This document shows, in pieces, positions 1 to 9,468 of a DNA stretch of 64,000 nucleotides (positions are counted from its first letter, which is position 1; each line of letters begins with the position of its first letter). Under the pieces are notes generated by a model, which was not told where the DNA came from, made no database searches, and saw only the letters and a list, made by a program, of their open reading frames with translations. The stretch is from positions 32,001-96,000 of the IMG/VR virus record IMGVR_UViG_3300009506_000002. One strand, written 5' to 3'. The position numbers and the translations under genes are program-made. Origin of the DNA: a virus.

Positions 1-553
1 TGTCGCGCTCGCGTGATTTGTTCAGCAGTCCGTTACAGAACTTCTTATGCTCACGTCGCATGTCATCAGGACGGAACAACTTGATTTTCTTGAAGTCGTT
101 TAGCTGGCGCTGATAGAGGAAATCCCATGCAGGGTCAAGGCGTGACCACTGGGTGCCTCCGTAGAAATTGACACCATCAATCTCCGCAATCTCATTGTAG
201 AGAATGTGGATGTTGGGATTTGATGCGTAGCGCATCTGTAGCTCGTGAACTTTGCACAGGCGAGAGCGCCAGAAATCGTGGTTTCCAGGAACGAACAGAA
301 CATGGCGTGCCAGTGTGAGTGCTTCGTTGAAGATCACATCGTAGTCCTCGAATCGGCGCATGTATTCAATGTCGCCAGCAAGAACCAAGACATCGATGTC
401 ATCGCCTGCATAGTCGAAGTAGAAGTGCGCGCCAGTGCCAAAATTGTCTGCACGCATTTGAGCCTCAGGACTCAGGCGTGGGTAGCCACGAACTCCTTCG
501 ATGCTGTTACGTAGAAACTCTCGATGTAGGTCGGATCCGAACTGAATTTTCAT
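1..553 (-). CDS. Calcineurin-like metallophosphoesterase (3' end runs off the window; not in ORF track)
   Basis: Manual translation from ATG 553: MKIQFGSDLHREF...VLVLAGDI...LFVPGNHDFW...FYGGTQWS; DxH, GD and GNHD metal motifs. Confidence 0.85.
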   Translation of the reverse strand, partial: MKIQFGSDLHREFLRNSIEGVRGYPRLSPEAQMRADNFGTGAHFYFDYAGDDIDVLVLAGDIEYMRRFEDYDVIFNEALTLARHVLFVPGNHDFWRSRLCKVHELQMRYASNPNIHILYNEIAEIDGVNFYGGTQWSRLDPAWDFLYQRQLNDFKKIKLFRPDDMRREHKKFCNGLLNKSRERD

Positions 554-559
554 GGCGTA

Positions 560-588
560 ACTCTACACGATTTCATTCGGTTTGTCAA
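560..588 (-). promoter_or_regulatory. sigma70-type promoter, predicted leaderless
   Basis: TTGACA-17-TAGAGT-6nt-ATG(553). Confidence 0.75.
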
Positions 589-2309
589 GACTCCATCATC
601 ACCGAAAAGTCATCTACCAGTTTGTACTCGAGACAGCGCGCGAACTGATCGGTGATTGTGTTGTCATGAGTGATGACAAAGATGTTCGAATTGTCTGTTG
701 TCTCTTCAATGATGCGCATAAAGGCTTCTGTTCCTGCAGCGTCAAGCGAGCTCGAACCAATTTCGTCCAGAACCAGCAGGTTGCAGGAAGCAGAGTTGCG
801 CAAGCGTGCCAGCTCGCGCCAGGTGAAGAGTAGTGCCAAGTCAATTCGCATCTTCTGACCTTCAGAGAAGTTTGCATAGCTGAATTGGTCGCGGTGGCGT
901 GACTTCAAGGTCTCGTTGAAGCTCTCATCGAATGTGAACTCACAAGGGAACTCTAAGATTTCCAGATACTTACGGATCAGGCTATTGATTGTTGGCAGAT
1001 AGTTCCTGATGATCTGACTCTTGATGCCGCTGTCCTTAAGCAGTGATGAGATCAAGGAATAATACTGACCAGTATCTGCCAAGCCACCCTTGTCCTTGAT
1101 CATTTTCGACAAATCATCACCGAGGCCCTGTATCTCTTTGTCTACGTCGGAAGCGCTCTCGTTGGTGTTTTCATCCTGAATCTTCTTATTCGCAGTCTCC
1201 AGGGCTTTTACGTGCTCTGAGATGGTCCGAATACGAGTATTGTTGCTCGCAACCTTTCTTTCATTCTCAGAAATGTATTTTTGTACTTCTGAGATGTGAC
1301 CCAAGCGCGCTGACAGTGAAGACAGTCGGCTTTCAGCCATATCGATAGCCTTAGAGCACTCGTCAACCTTCTTCTGGCATGAATCAATTGATTCTGCCTT
1401 GAACTCTTTGTGGATTGGCTGGCTACACGTAGGGCACTCATCGTTCTCCTTGAAGAAGACGATCTCACGCTCATTCTTGTTCTGGTTCTTTTTGATGGTT
1501 GAGATAAGTAGCGATAGCTCGGATGATGTCTTGTTGACCTTTGTCTCGTCAGTCACTTCCTCAAGAGCTTCATCAATGGCAGCATGAATGATCTCACTCT
1601 CTTTCTCAATGGCTTCAATATCGGCACGATACTGGGCGATCTGGCGCTCGTTTTCAGCAACCTGCTCACCTTTGGCAGCGGCCAATTCGTCACGGTGCTG
1701 TTCCTTGAGTTCGATCTTGGTGCGCACCATCTTGATCTGGTTTTGCAGTTCGGAGTATTTGGTTGCCAGCGTTGCGCCGCGCGTCTTGAGGATTTGGTTC
1801 ATCAGTGAGAAGACCTGAATGTCTAGGATCTCCTCAATCACCTTGCGGCGATCATTGGTGCATAGGCGCATGAAAGGCACGAAGGTGGTTGAACCCAGGA
1901 AGACGATCTGCTTCATTGTGGTAGAGTTCATCTTCAGGATTGAGTTTTCAAGGTAGTCTTGGTAGTCCTTCAACCCTGCAGAGTTTTCCTTCAGAACACC
2001 ATCAATGAAGATGTCAAAGATGTTGGGCTTGATACCACGGCGCACCTTATATTTCTTCTTGTCGATGGTGAAGTCAAGCTCTACAAGACAGTTCTTCTGG
2101 TTGATGCTGTTCACAACCTGCGCCTGTTTCAGCTTACGATACGGCTTGCCATACAGAGCAAAATAAACCGCATCGATGATGCCAGCAGACTTGCCTGCGC
2201 CATTGTCTCCAATGATCAGTGTCGTGTTGGTCTTGTCTAACTGGATTTCAATGAAACGATTACCGGCTGATAAGAAATTCTTATACCTAACCTTGTTGAA
2301 TACGATCAT
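585..2309 (-). CDS. gp46: Recombination endonuclease ATPase subunit (Rad50/SbcC-like)
   Basis: Walker A GDNGAGKS, CPTC zinc hook in coiled coil, FSEGQ signature, LVLDE Walker B. Confidence 0.96.
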   Translation of the reverse strand: MIVFNKVRYKNFLSAGNRFIEIQLDKTNTTLIIGDNGAGKSAGIIDAVYFALYGKPYRKLKQAQVVNSINQKNCLVELDFTIDKKKYKVRRGIKPNIFDIFIDGVLKENSAGLKDYQDYLENSILKMNSTTMKQIVFLGSTTFVPFMRLCTNDRRKVIEEILDIQVFSLMNQILKTRGATLATKYSELQNQIKMVRTKIELKEQHRDELAAAKGEQVAENERQIAQYRADIEAIEKESEIIHAAIDEALEEVTDETKVNKTSSELSLLISTIKKNQNKNEREIVFFKENDECPTCSQPIHKEFKAESIDSCQKKVDECSKAIDMAESRLSSLSARLGHISEVQKYISENERKVASNNTRIRTISEHVKALETANKKIQDENTNESASDVDKEIQGLGDDLSKMIKDKGGLADTGQYYSLISSLLKDSGIKSQIIRNYLPTINSLIRKYLEILEFPCEFTFDESFNETLKSRHRDQFSYANFSEGQKMRIDLALLFTWRELARLRNSASCNLLVLDEIGSSSLDAAGTEAFMRIIEETTDNSNIFVITHDNTITDQFARCLEYKLVDDFSVMMES

Positions 2310-3383
2310 TTACTGGTCTCGTCCTAGCGCAACTGCTTCGGTGTAGAGCTCTTGTACGAGCTCTAGCATCTTATCTTCATTCAATTCCTCGTTTTCAGCA
2401 ATTGTTGAAACTGCTGCCTTCAGTACGGTCAAGGTGTCAAGTGCCTCAAAAGCCTCAACGTCTACGCCATCAACCAGCACAACATCGGACTCGACAATTG
2501 TGTAGTCGTGTGGCATTGCTGCCGCGATTTGGTCAAGGAACCAATCGTATTTCTTGGTATCCTTACGGTCGCGCACAATGACCTTGACGATTGCATCCTT
2601 CAGCTCTGTGAAGTCAAACTCGTCGTAGTCGACATCAGAGCAAAAGAATGCTTTGTGAAACATTCTATACGGATTCTCAACAAATGTCAAGTCTCCCGTT
2701 TCAGTGTCAAGGACATGGAAGCCGCGAGGGTCATCGTAGTCGCTCCAGGTGATTTCGTATGGCGTGCCAACGTAATCGATATTCTTCTGAGAAGATTTGG
2801 TGTGGTAGTGACCAGTGATAACCCTGTCGTAATGGCCGAACACGTTTGACTTGAGGCCACCATGTCCTGGGATGCCAGCGTACATATCGAAGCCCACAAT
2901 TTCAAAGTGGCCGACGCAGTAGTGGCTCTTGCTGTTCTTCATGAACTTGACAATCTCTTTCGAGTTGTACTTGTTGATCCATGGAATCATATCAATCGGG
3001 ACGCCATCAATGTCGATGGTTGTAGGCCCCGCGTCATGCACGTGGACGCAGTCACGCCACGCGAACAGCTCTTGCAGTGAGTTGATTTCGTTTGTGTAGC
3101 GATAGTAGATATCGTGATTGCCTGGGATGACGTGGAATTGCAAGCCATCAGCCAGCGTAGGCAGAACATCCATAAATCTGCGGTTGACTTCATGCAGCGT
3201 CTTGAAATTGACGCTCTTACGTCTGTCTATGAAGTCACCCGTCTGGATAACGTGGGTGATACCATGCTCTTTGATGTACGGGAAGACCACGCGCTCAAAG
3301 AACTTGAAGAAGTACTCTAGGAATACCTCAGAATCATTTCTCGCACCAAAATGGGTGTCGCCAATGATCACGACTTTAGCCAT
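2310..3383 (-). CDS. gp47: Recombination endonuclease nuclease subunit (Mre11/SbcD-like)
   Basis: GDTHFG, GDFID, GNHD, GHYH motifs; adjacent to gp46. Confidence 0.96.
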   Translation of the reverse strand: MAKVVIIGDTHFGARNDSEVFLEYFFKFFERVVFPYIKEHGITHVIQTGDFIDRRKSVNFKTLHEVNRRFMDVLPTLADGLQFHVIPGNHDIYYRYTNEINSLQELFAWRDCVHVHDAGPTTIDIDGVPIDMIPWINKYNSKEIVKFMKNSKSHYCVGHFEIVGFDMYAGIPGHGGLKSNVFGHYDRVITGHYHTKSSQKNIDYVGTPYEITWSDYDDPRGFHVLDTETGDLTFVENPYRMFHKAFFCSDVDYDEFDFTELKDAIVKVIVRDRKDTKKYDWFLDQIAAAMPHDYTIVESDVVLVDGVDVEAFEALDTLTVLKAAVSTIAENEELNEDKMLELVQELYTEAVALGRDQ

Positions 3384-3933
3384 CGCATACCTCGGTCAGA
3401 TCAACAGTGTCAGAGGTTGCCCTCTTCTTTCGTGGTGTTTGTTCCTCGTCCTTTTCATCCAAGTCGACTTCATAGAAGTCGCGCATGTAGTCAAGATATT
3501 GGTTGGAAAAATCGCAGTCATCATCGTGGGACTGGGTAGAAGCCTGCTGTAGCATTGCACCCGAGCGCTGCACGTAGCGCACCTTGGTGAAAAACAACTT
3601 CTTCTCTTTTTGGATACGGCGGATAAAAGCGAAGTAGCAAATCTGCGTGAAGTACCCGAACGGATTGTTGCTCTTGTCCGGGTCAAAGTTGTCAGCGTAC
3701 ATGACGCAATTCTCAATCGCGTCATCTACCATCTCATCCCTATAAGAATAGTTGATGAAATTAGGCTTGTATGAGAGTCGTTCGGCGATGAGCATGATTT
3801 TCTTGCCAATTGCGTCAGATAATCTTGGCTTTGGCTTACCAGCAGCTTCTGCCTCTTTCGCTAGGCGCTTGTATTCGACGAAATCAGAGAGGAACTCTTT
3901 GTTCGAAACGTAATGCGTTTTCTTCTTGCTCAT
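3376..3933 (-). CDS. gp55: Late-transcription sigma factor
   Basis: HYVSNKEF, NFINYSYRDEM, NPFGYFTQICYFAFIRRIQKEK; acidic C-tail; synteny. Confidence 0.95.
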   Translation of the reverse strand: MSKKKTHYVSNKEFLSDFVEYKRLAKEAEAAGKPKPRLSDAIGKKIMLIAERLSYKPNFINYSYRDEMVDDAIENCVMYADNFDPDKSNNPFGYFTQICYFAFIRRIQKEKKLFFTKVRYVQRSGAMLQQASTQSHDDDCDFSNQYLDYMRDFYEVDLDEKDEEQTPRKKRATSDTVDLTEVCDG

Positions 3934-3971
3934 GATTCTCCTAAATCATTGTATAGTACCTCACGGTGCAA

Positions 3972-4000
3972 ATTGTACAACATATTGGGGCACCTGTCAA
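3972..4000 (-). promoter_or_regulatory. sigma70-type promoter for gp55-47-46
   Basis: TTGACA-17-TACAAT; AGGAG before ATG 3933. Confidence 0.8.
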
Positions 4001-4062
4001 GTCATATTTTTTCCTTATACCTAATTGCCCTTCCTATAAGAAATTGTTATGGTTATTTGGAC

Positions 4063-4091
4063 TTGACACGCGCTAAATATTCATGTATCAT
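4063..4091 (+). promoter_or_regulatory. sigma70-type promoter firing into the non-coding region
   Basis: TTGACA-17-TATCAT, divergent from the gp55 promoter. Confidence 0.7.
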
Positions 4092-4097
4092 TACAAC

Positions 4098-4595
4098 CTT
4101 GAAGAACACATCCATGATCTTGACGGTTATCTTTCAGGACCGATCATGGCAACAACTGAGAGCTCTCTGATCAGTCAAACGTGATGAGACCGCAACCATT
4201 TGACCCCTTGGTTGAATGCGAGCGCTTAATGAAGTCCTTGTGTTGGGACTAGAGGTTAAGCGGCAGCCAATATAAGTATCGCACGAAGTTTGGTTAGTCG
4301 TCAAAAAATGCCCTTGCCTAAGTCTTTTGATATGGTGAGGGATCGGCCGTGGGATTGAGGAAACAAAAAGTCACATCGTAGTTGAACGCCAGCTATGATC
4401 CCAGATGACGGAATGGCAATCGGTAATTCGTAAGCCGATACTGTCACGTCTATGTTCAATCAACAATTACAAAAAGCACCACGAGCTTCGAAGAAGCGAG
4501 ACCTGAGCAAAGCGAAGGTTAGATGGTTCACCACAATGCAAACCATTCAGGTTTGCTCCGCAAACCAGCTCGCTTCGCTCGCTACGCTCTCCCTC
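4098..4595 (+). ncRNA. Candidate large structured non-coding RNA (family unknown)
   Basis: No credible ORF; about nine consecutive stem-loops with G-U pairs favouring the + strand; own promoter. Confidence 0.55.
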
Positions 4596-4606
4596 TGCGC
4601 ACATTT

Positions 4607-6103
4607 CTATATTTTGATTCGCTTCAAAGAGAATTCAAACTGCTCTCTGTTGTAGTAGTCAACGCGCACCAAGAAGTGCTCCATCGCATAGTTCTTATGT
4701 CTCTTCCAAGTCAAATCATCAGCAATATCGTACAGGATGAATGAATCCTTTTCTGAATTGATTCTCAAGCCGCGGCCAATCGACTGGAGCGTGCGGATTT
4801 TTGACTTCGATGGTGATGCAAAGATGCCCCAGTGCAGGTTCTTGATTGAAACGCCAGTAGAGAACGTTCCAAACGAAGCTACAATGATCGAGTCCTTTTC
4901 CTTTTCGACCCAATGACGGATTTGTTCGCGCTGGTCAGCAGGTACTGAACCGTCAACGAAGTGAACAGTGCGGTTAGGGTCAATATCTTTGATCCGCTTG
5001 TAGATATCCTTACCATGCTCGATGTTGTTGAACAGGATCAGTCCGTTCTGAGTTTGAGCCAGAGCCAGTTTCGCAATGAAGTCTGTTCGACGCGGGTGTT
5101 TGATCAGCCACTTAACCTCATCTTGATACTTGGCCTTCTTCATGAACTGCTTTTCCTCATCCGTGTAGATGAGAGACAGCGCCTTGATATTCAAACGCGC
5201 TACCTTCTTTCTGTCCATCAATTCCTTGGTTGTGATGGTTCTCTTGACAGGGCCGAGCAATCCCTCGATCACAAGGCGAGAGGTCTTTGAATCGTCAAGC
5301 GTACCAGTGAGTCCGATCTTATAAGGGCATTCAGTCATCTTCTCACAGATTCCGCGCAGCGATTCAGATGTTGCCAAGTGAACCTCGTCAATCATCAGGG
5401 TGCCGAACTTCTCAAAGTAGCCCTTGTGCTTACGGAAAATAGACTGCCATGTTGAAACGTAGATACCGCACTCAGAATCCTTTTCGCGGCCACCCATGAT
5501 CATGTGAACCTCGTCATCTGCTGTCCAGTGGACGTGAGATGAGTAGTCCGCCATGTCACCTGCCATCTGCGCAACCAGTCCGGTTGTTGGCACGACGACA
5601 AGTACCTTTTTGCCTGGGCGAGTGAGACGCAGCCAGCGCGCCAGCGCATAGATCATCAGAGACTTACCCGAAGAAGTAGGAGACAGCAAGATGCATCGCT
5701 TGTATTTGAGCGCGCACCAGATGCCGAAGAGCTGGTAGTCATGTGCCTCAATCTTTTCGCCATTTGAGTGGACGTTGAGAGTTTCAAGGAACTTGACCAC
5801 ATCCTCAGGCTTGACGTTTGTTTGTGGCATAACGTCATCATCGATGTGGATGCTGTATTTGTGTTGCTCCGCGAACTGCTTGACGTATGAAGTCAATCCA
5901 GAGTAGAGCTCGCGATTGCGAATTGAGAACAGGTGGATCTTACCATCCCACATCTTGTTCTTGAACTTTGGCATGAAGCGGTAGCCAGGAACGAAGAATG
6001 TGAAGAACTCGTCCAGTGAGAATGCAATGTGTAGCTCGCACTCAATCCAAACGTAGACGTCGTCAACCCTATGTACGGTGATATCTGCTTTTCTTTCAGC
6101 CAT
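4607..6103 (-). CDS. uvsW: SF2 RNA-DNA/DNA helicase
   Basis: SPTSSGKS, IDEVH, QSIGRGLR; N-terminal WDGKIHLF. Confidence 0.95.
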   Translation of the reverse strand: MAERKADITVHRVDDVYVWIECELHIAFSLDEFFTFFVPGYRFMPKFKNKMWDGKIHLFSIRNRELYSGLTSYVKQFAEQHKYSIHIDDDVMPQTNVKPEDVVKFLETLNVHSNGEKIEAHDYQLFGIWCALKYKRCILLSPTSSGKSLMIYALARWLRLTRPGKKVLVVVPTTGLVAQMAGDMADYSSHVHWTADDEVHMIMGGREKDSECGIYVSTWQSIFRKHKGYFEKFGTLMIDEVHLATSESLRGICEKMTECPYKIGLTGTLDDSKTSRLVIEGLLGPVKRTITTKELMDRKKVARLNIKALSLIYTDEEKQFMKKAKYQDEVKWLIKHPRRTDFIAKLALAQTQNGLILFNNIEHGKDIYKRIKDIDPNRTVHFVDGSVPADQREQIRHWVEKEKDSIIVASFGTFSTGVSIKNLHWGIFASPSKSKIRTLQSIGRGLRINSEKDSFILYDIADDLTWKRHKNYAMEHFLVRVDYYNREQFEFSLKRIKI

Positions 6104-6240
6104 ATCAATAATTTATGCGTTTCTTAAGAGTGATTTCTCCAAGAAAAACATACCACTTTTTCATGACAGAATCGCGCCATAATGACGCAATAAATGGTGG
6201 AATTCGGCCTAGAATCTCTTTTCGTCGGAGAATCGCGCCA

Positions 6241-6642
6241 TTAGTAGGCTCCTGCTTGGAACTTGCGCCATTCGATGGCGTCGCGTATGTTGAATGAAAG
6301 ACCTGAGATGATCTTCAGTACAGTTTCGAGGTATTCAGCTTTGCGCTTTTCGTAGTCGAGTTTCATGCGTGACTCTTGGAGCTCTCCGTCTCCGTCAATC
6401 ATAATCTCGATCTCACCACGATTCTTGAAGATGACGTTATGATCATTTCGATAGTGAAGGAATTTCTGGCGATATATGAGGTCGTAGTCGCCCTTGAGTT
6501 TCGCGCATTTCAGTTGTGACTTGTGCAGCAGGTCAAGGTACTTGACATACAGCATAGGGATATTGACCGCAGTACGATCGAGATTTGCTTCATCGATCTT
6601 TACGTCACGCGCTACTTGTTTCTTAAGGTCTTCTAGAGTCAT
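6241..6642 (-). CDS. uvsY: Recombination mediator protein
   Basis: 133 aa helical protein ending FNIRDAIEWRKFQAG; next to uvsW. Confidence 0.9.
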   Translation of the reverse strand: MTLEDLKKQVARDVKIDEANLDRTAVNIPMLYVKYLDLLHKSQLKCAKLKGDYDLIYRQKFLHYRNDHNVIFKNRGEIEIMIDGDGELQESRMKLDYEKRKAEYLETVLKIISGLSFNIRDAIEWRKFQAGAY

Positions 6643-6650
6643 AGAATGGT

Positions 6651-6679
6651 AGTCTACCAGAATCCGAGAAGCCTGTCAA
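6651..6679 (-). promoter_or_regulatory. sigma70-type promoter for uvsY
   Basis: TTGACA-17-TAGACT-8nt-ATG. Confidence 0.75.
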
Positions 6680-6680
6680 G

Positions 6681-7133
6681 TTATTCTACGAACTGGAATT
6701 GAGTGTACGCGAAGGTGATGTTGCAAATGTGTTCTGTTGGCTCTGCGTCCTGTGTGGTAAACTGCGCTTCTGCTAGGATGACGGGGAAGACACCCTCGAA
6801 TCGAATCTTCTTCAGTGGTTGCTTGTTGTTAGACAGAATTGTCAGTGTGGCATCGGACCAGATATCTTGGAAGTCGTTGCCTTTGTATGCTCGGCATTTC
6901 TGCATCCAGTCAAAGAGCTCTTTGTAGTTGTCGAACTGCTCGTCAATCAGGAACTCTACGTTCAATGGGTCGTAGGTCATCTTGTTGCCTGGAGTGGCAA
7001 TGTCATGTGATGGCGTATGCCACGGAACGTTCGTGATTGAGTGAGTAGGCAGAGAGCATCCTGTAACCGTGAAGTTGGTCTTAGGGATTCTGCTTAGGAC
7101 AAATTCAAAGTTGCTTCTGAGTGCGAAGTTCAT
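6681..7133 (-). CDS. gp3: Tail tube terminator / tail completion protein
   Basis: Tube-fold motifs YDPLNVEFLIDE..NYKELFDWM, SDATLTILSNN. Confidence 0.85.
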   Translation of the reverse strand: MNFALRSNFEFVLSRIPKTNFTVTGCSLPTHSITNVPWHTPSHDIATPGNKMTYDPLNVEFLIDEQFDNYKELFDWMQKCRAYKGNDFQDIWSDATLTILSNNKQPLKKIRFEGVFPVILAEAQFTTQDAEPTEHICNITFAYTQFQFVE

Positions 7134-7138
7134 ACTTT

Positions 7139-7146
7139 TATTTATG
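7139..7146 (-). promoter_or_regulatory. Late promoter (leaderless geometry)
   Basis: CATAAATA-5nt-ATG. Confidence 0.7.
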
Positions 7147-7153
7147 GCTAGGC

Positions 7154-7184
7154 AAAAAGAAAGGCGCCCAAGAGGGCGCCCTTC
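7154..7184 (-). terminator. Rho-independent terminator after gp23
   Basis: GAAGGGCGCCC-TCTT-GGGCGCCTTTC followed by TTTTT. Confidence 0.9.
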
Positions 7185-7206
7185 AGGTTGTTATGAAACT
7201 GGGTTA

Positions 7207-8478
7207 TTAAACGCCAGTTACCAGGAAGTCACGGTAGTAGTCGTTCTGACCAGCAATACCTGATACGAATGGGTTGTATGCGATTGCATAACGGGTCTTC
7301 ATACCGATACGTGGCTGGAAGTCTTCCTCGCCGACGGCCTTCATCATCTGCAGAGGTACGTATGGGCAGTAGAACATACCAGCGTCGTAGACGTTAGCGC
7401 CCTTGTAACCCACAGTCACGAAGTCTGCAGCAGCATACGGATCGACGTACACCTTGAATCGACCACCCAGGATACCCGCGAAGGTTGCTCCTACGAAGTC
7501 ACTGTTCAGAGTGCCGCTGATTGCAGCGGTGTCGAGCTTGGTAGCCTGCTCGAGTGCAGCCATGACGATTGGCGAACATACAATGAAGTTACCAACACCA
7601 CGGCGGGTAGTGGTAGCAATCAAAGATGCTTCACGGACGATCTGCATGTACAGGTTCTTGTACTTTTCAATCTCCCAACGACCATCAGTGTCGTCGTTTG
7701 CGCCACCGGTCATGTCGAATGTACCAGCTACGTTGGTGTTCTGCGCGCCAGTACGAGCCTGAGAACGCATGGTTGCGATGATTTCACGGTTGATTTCACC
7801 CACAACTTCGGTTGACAGGATGTTTGCCAGTTCGGCTTCTGCATCCATACCGTGGATTGCCTTCAGGTCCTGGGCCAGTTCAATGGTGTACTTAGCCTTC
7901 AGAGCACGAGTGCCAGCTTCGACTGACTTCTTATCGATGCTGAATGACATCTCAGCCCATGGGTTGGTCTGAGCGATGTTGGTTACATCGGTGAAGGCAG
8001 TACGCGCGGTAGTGCCATCAGTTGTACCGTCACCTTGGATGTCAACGCCAAGTGCTTCACCTGCCGCAGTTGTCATTGCTGCGCCTGCGCCGTTACCAGA
8101 GTGGTTGACGTCTGGTGCCGAAGTACCGAACGCTTCTGCGCCAGTCTGTGGGTCGCCAGTGTAGCGAGCACGCATTGCAAAGATGAGGCCGGTTGGGCCG
8201 CTCATTGGCTGAACACCGACGATGTCATGCGCAATCAGCGATGGCATGGTACGGCGAACCATTGAGATCAGGATAGGGTCAAAGCCCTGTCCGCCACCAG
8301 AAACCATGTTGCCGGTGTTTACGCCCTCTTCAAGGGCAGCTTTTTCTGTGTTTTCAAGCAGACGGATGGTTGTGTTTCGAACGTCGCGGTTCTTGATCTC
8401 ATCAACGCCTTCAGCAGTGATGACAGGTTCCCACTTCTGCTTTACTTCTTCAGACAATAGTGGCTGATTAGTAGTCAT
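7207..8478 (-). CDS. gp23: Major capsid protein
   Basis: MVRRTMPSLIAHDIVGVQPMSGPTGLIFAMR, ELAQDLKAIHG, FYCPYVPL, FQPRIGMKTRY. Confidence 0.98.
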   Translation of the reverse strand: MTTNQPLLSEEVKQKWEPVITAEGVDEIKNRDVRNTTIRLLENTEKAALEEGVNTGNMVSGGGQGFDPILISMVRRTMPSLIAHDIVGVQPMSGPTGLIFAMRARYTGDPQTGAEAFGTSAPDVNHSGNGAGAAMTTAAGEALGVDIQGDGTTDGTTARTAFTDVTNIAQTNPWAEMSFSIDKKSVEAGTRALKAKYTIELAQDLKAIHGMDAEAELANILSTEVVGEINREIIATMRSQARTGAQNTNVAGTFDMTGGANDDTDGRWEIEKYKNLYMQIVREASLIATTTRRGVGNFIVCSPIVMAALEQATKLDTAAISGTLNSDFVGATFAGILGGRFKVYVDPYAAADFVTVGYKGANVYDAGMFYCPYVPLQMMKAVGEEDFQPRIGMKTRYAIAYNPFVSGIAGQNDYYRDFLVTGV

Positions 8479-8526
8479 ACCTTTTTATTCTCCTAGTTAA
8501 TTTTGAACCAGATAAACTTGTTCAAT

Positions 8527-8534
8527 TATTTATA
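8527..8534 (-). promoter_or_regulatory. Late promoter for gp23
   Basis: TATAAATA, with AGGAG downstream. Confidence 0.85.
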
Positions 8535-8553
8535 GAATTGCAATTCTTGCGAA

Positions 8554-9468
8554 TTACTTTTCAGATTTCAGCAGACGCAGGGTCTGTTCGATGAGTCCGC
8601 TTGGAGAACCTTTGTTCTCCTTACTTCCTGCTTCTTCCTCAAGCTCTTCAGCAGGCTTGCCGCCGCTGGTCTTCTTGAAGTAGCTTTCCTTCAGCGTTGA
8701 TACCTTAGACTTGTAGTCCTCGATATTGTCTGCGTCAACGCTTTCGGCAAGCTCTGTCAGTTTCTCGACCTGAGTGTCAGCAAGACCCTCGGCGAGTTCT
8801 GCAAATGCCGCCTTCTTTTCAGACTCAAAAATGGTGGCAGTTGCTTGGATGTTCTTCTCGATCTCTTCGTCGAGCTTGGTAGAAAGGTCTTCAACCTTGT
8901 TAGCCAGCTCTTCAACGAGGTCCCAACGGTCATCCGGAACCTTAACGTAGTGCTCTTTCAGCAGTGTAGCCAGACCGTCAAGGAACTCTTCGTTCATCTT
9001 GGCCTTGATACCATTTTCTACCGTAGGCTTGTTAGCCTCGAGCCACTCGTTGACAACGTGAGCGAGGTAGCCATCAACTTTCTTCTCGAGCTCTGTACGA
9101 GCATCGGCGATAGCCTCATCCAGCTTTTCAGCGTAGGCTTCCTCGATGCGCTTCACCTCGGCCTTGACGCGAGATTTTACAGCGGTCTCGATGATAGTTG
9201 CGGCTTTTGACTTGAACTCTTCTGAAAGCTCTTCACCTTCAGTCAGTGCAGCGATGTCTTCGTCGAGATTGCTCACAACGATTTCACCTTCATCATGCTC
9301 TTCTTCAAGCTTCTTGACTTCTTCCTCTTCGGCAATACCAATCAGTTCGCCTTCCTCGAACAACTGGGTAGCTTCATCTAGAGAAAGAGTCTTCTTGCAA
9401 GATTCGCATACGTGCTGCTCTTCCTGAAGATTCATTGTAGCTTCACATTCAGGGCACATAAAGCGCAT
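8554..9468 (-). CDS. gp22: Prohead scaffolding/core protein with N-terminal zinc ribbon
   Basis: ELSEEFKSKAATIIETAV, LKESYF; acidic coiled coil; between gp21 and gp23. Confidence 0.92.
   Translation of the reverse strand: MRFMCPECEATMNLQEEQHVCESCKKTLSLDEATQLFEEGELIGIAEEEEVKKLEEEHDEGEIVVSNLDEDIAALTEGEELSEEFKSKAATIIETAVKSRVKAEVKRIEEAYAEKLDEAIADARTELEKKVDGYLAHVVNEWLEANKPTVENGIKAKMNEEFLDGLATLLKEHYVKVPDDRWDLVEELANKVEDLSTKLDEEIEKNIQATATIFESEKKAAFAELAEGLADTQVEKLTELAESVDADNIEDYKSKVSTLKESYFKKTSGGKPAEELEEEAGSKENKGSPSGLIEQTLRLLKSEK

Noticed and set aside
4098-4595. tRNA, tmRNA, RNase P RNA, group I intron or CRISPR array
   Set aside because: No cloverleaf or CCA end, no interrupted host gene, no regularly spaced repeats recognised by eye.
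3913-4744. Short + strand ORFs in the gp55-uvsW gap
   Set aside because: No RBS or protein-like features; dense base-pairing fits an RNA or DNA element better.
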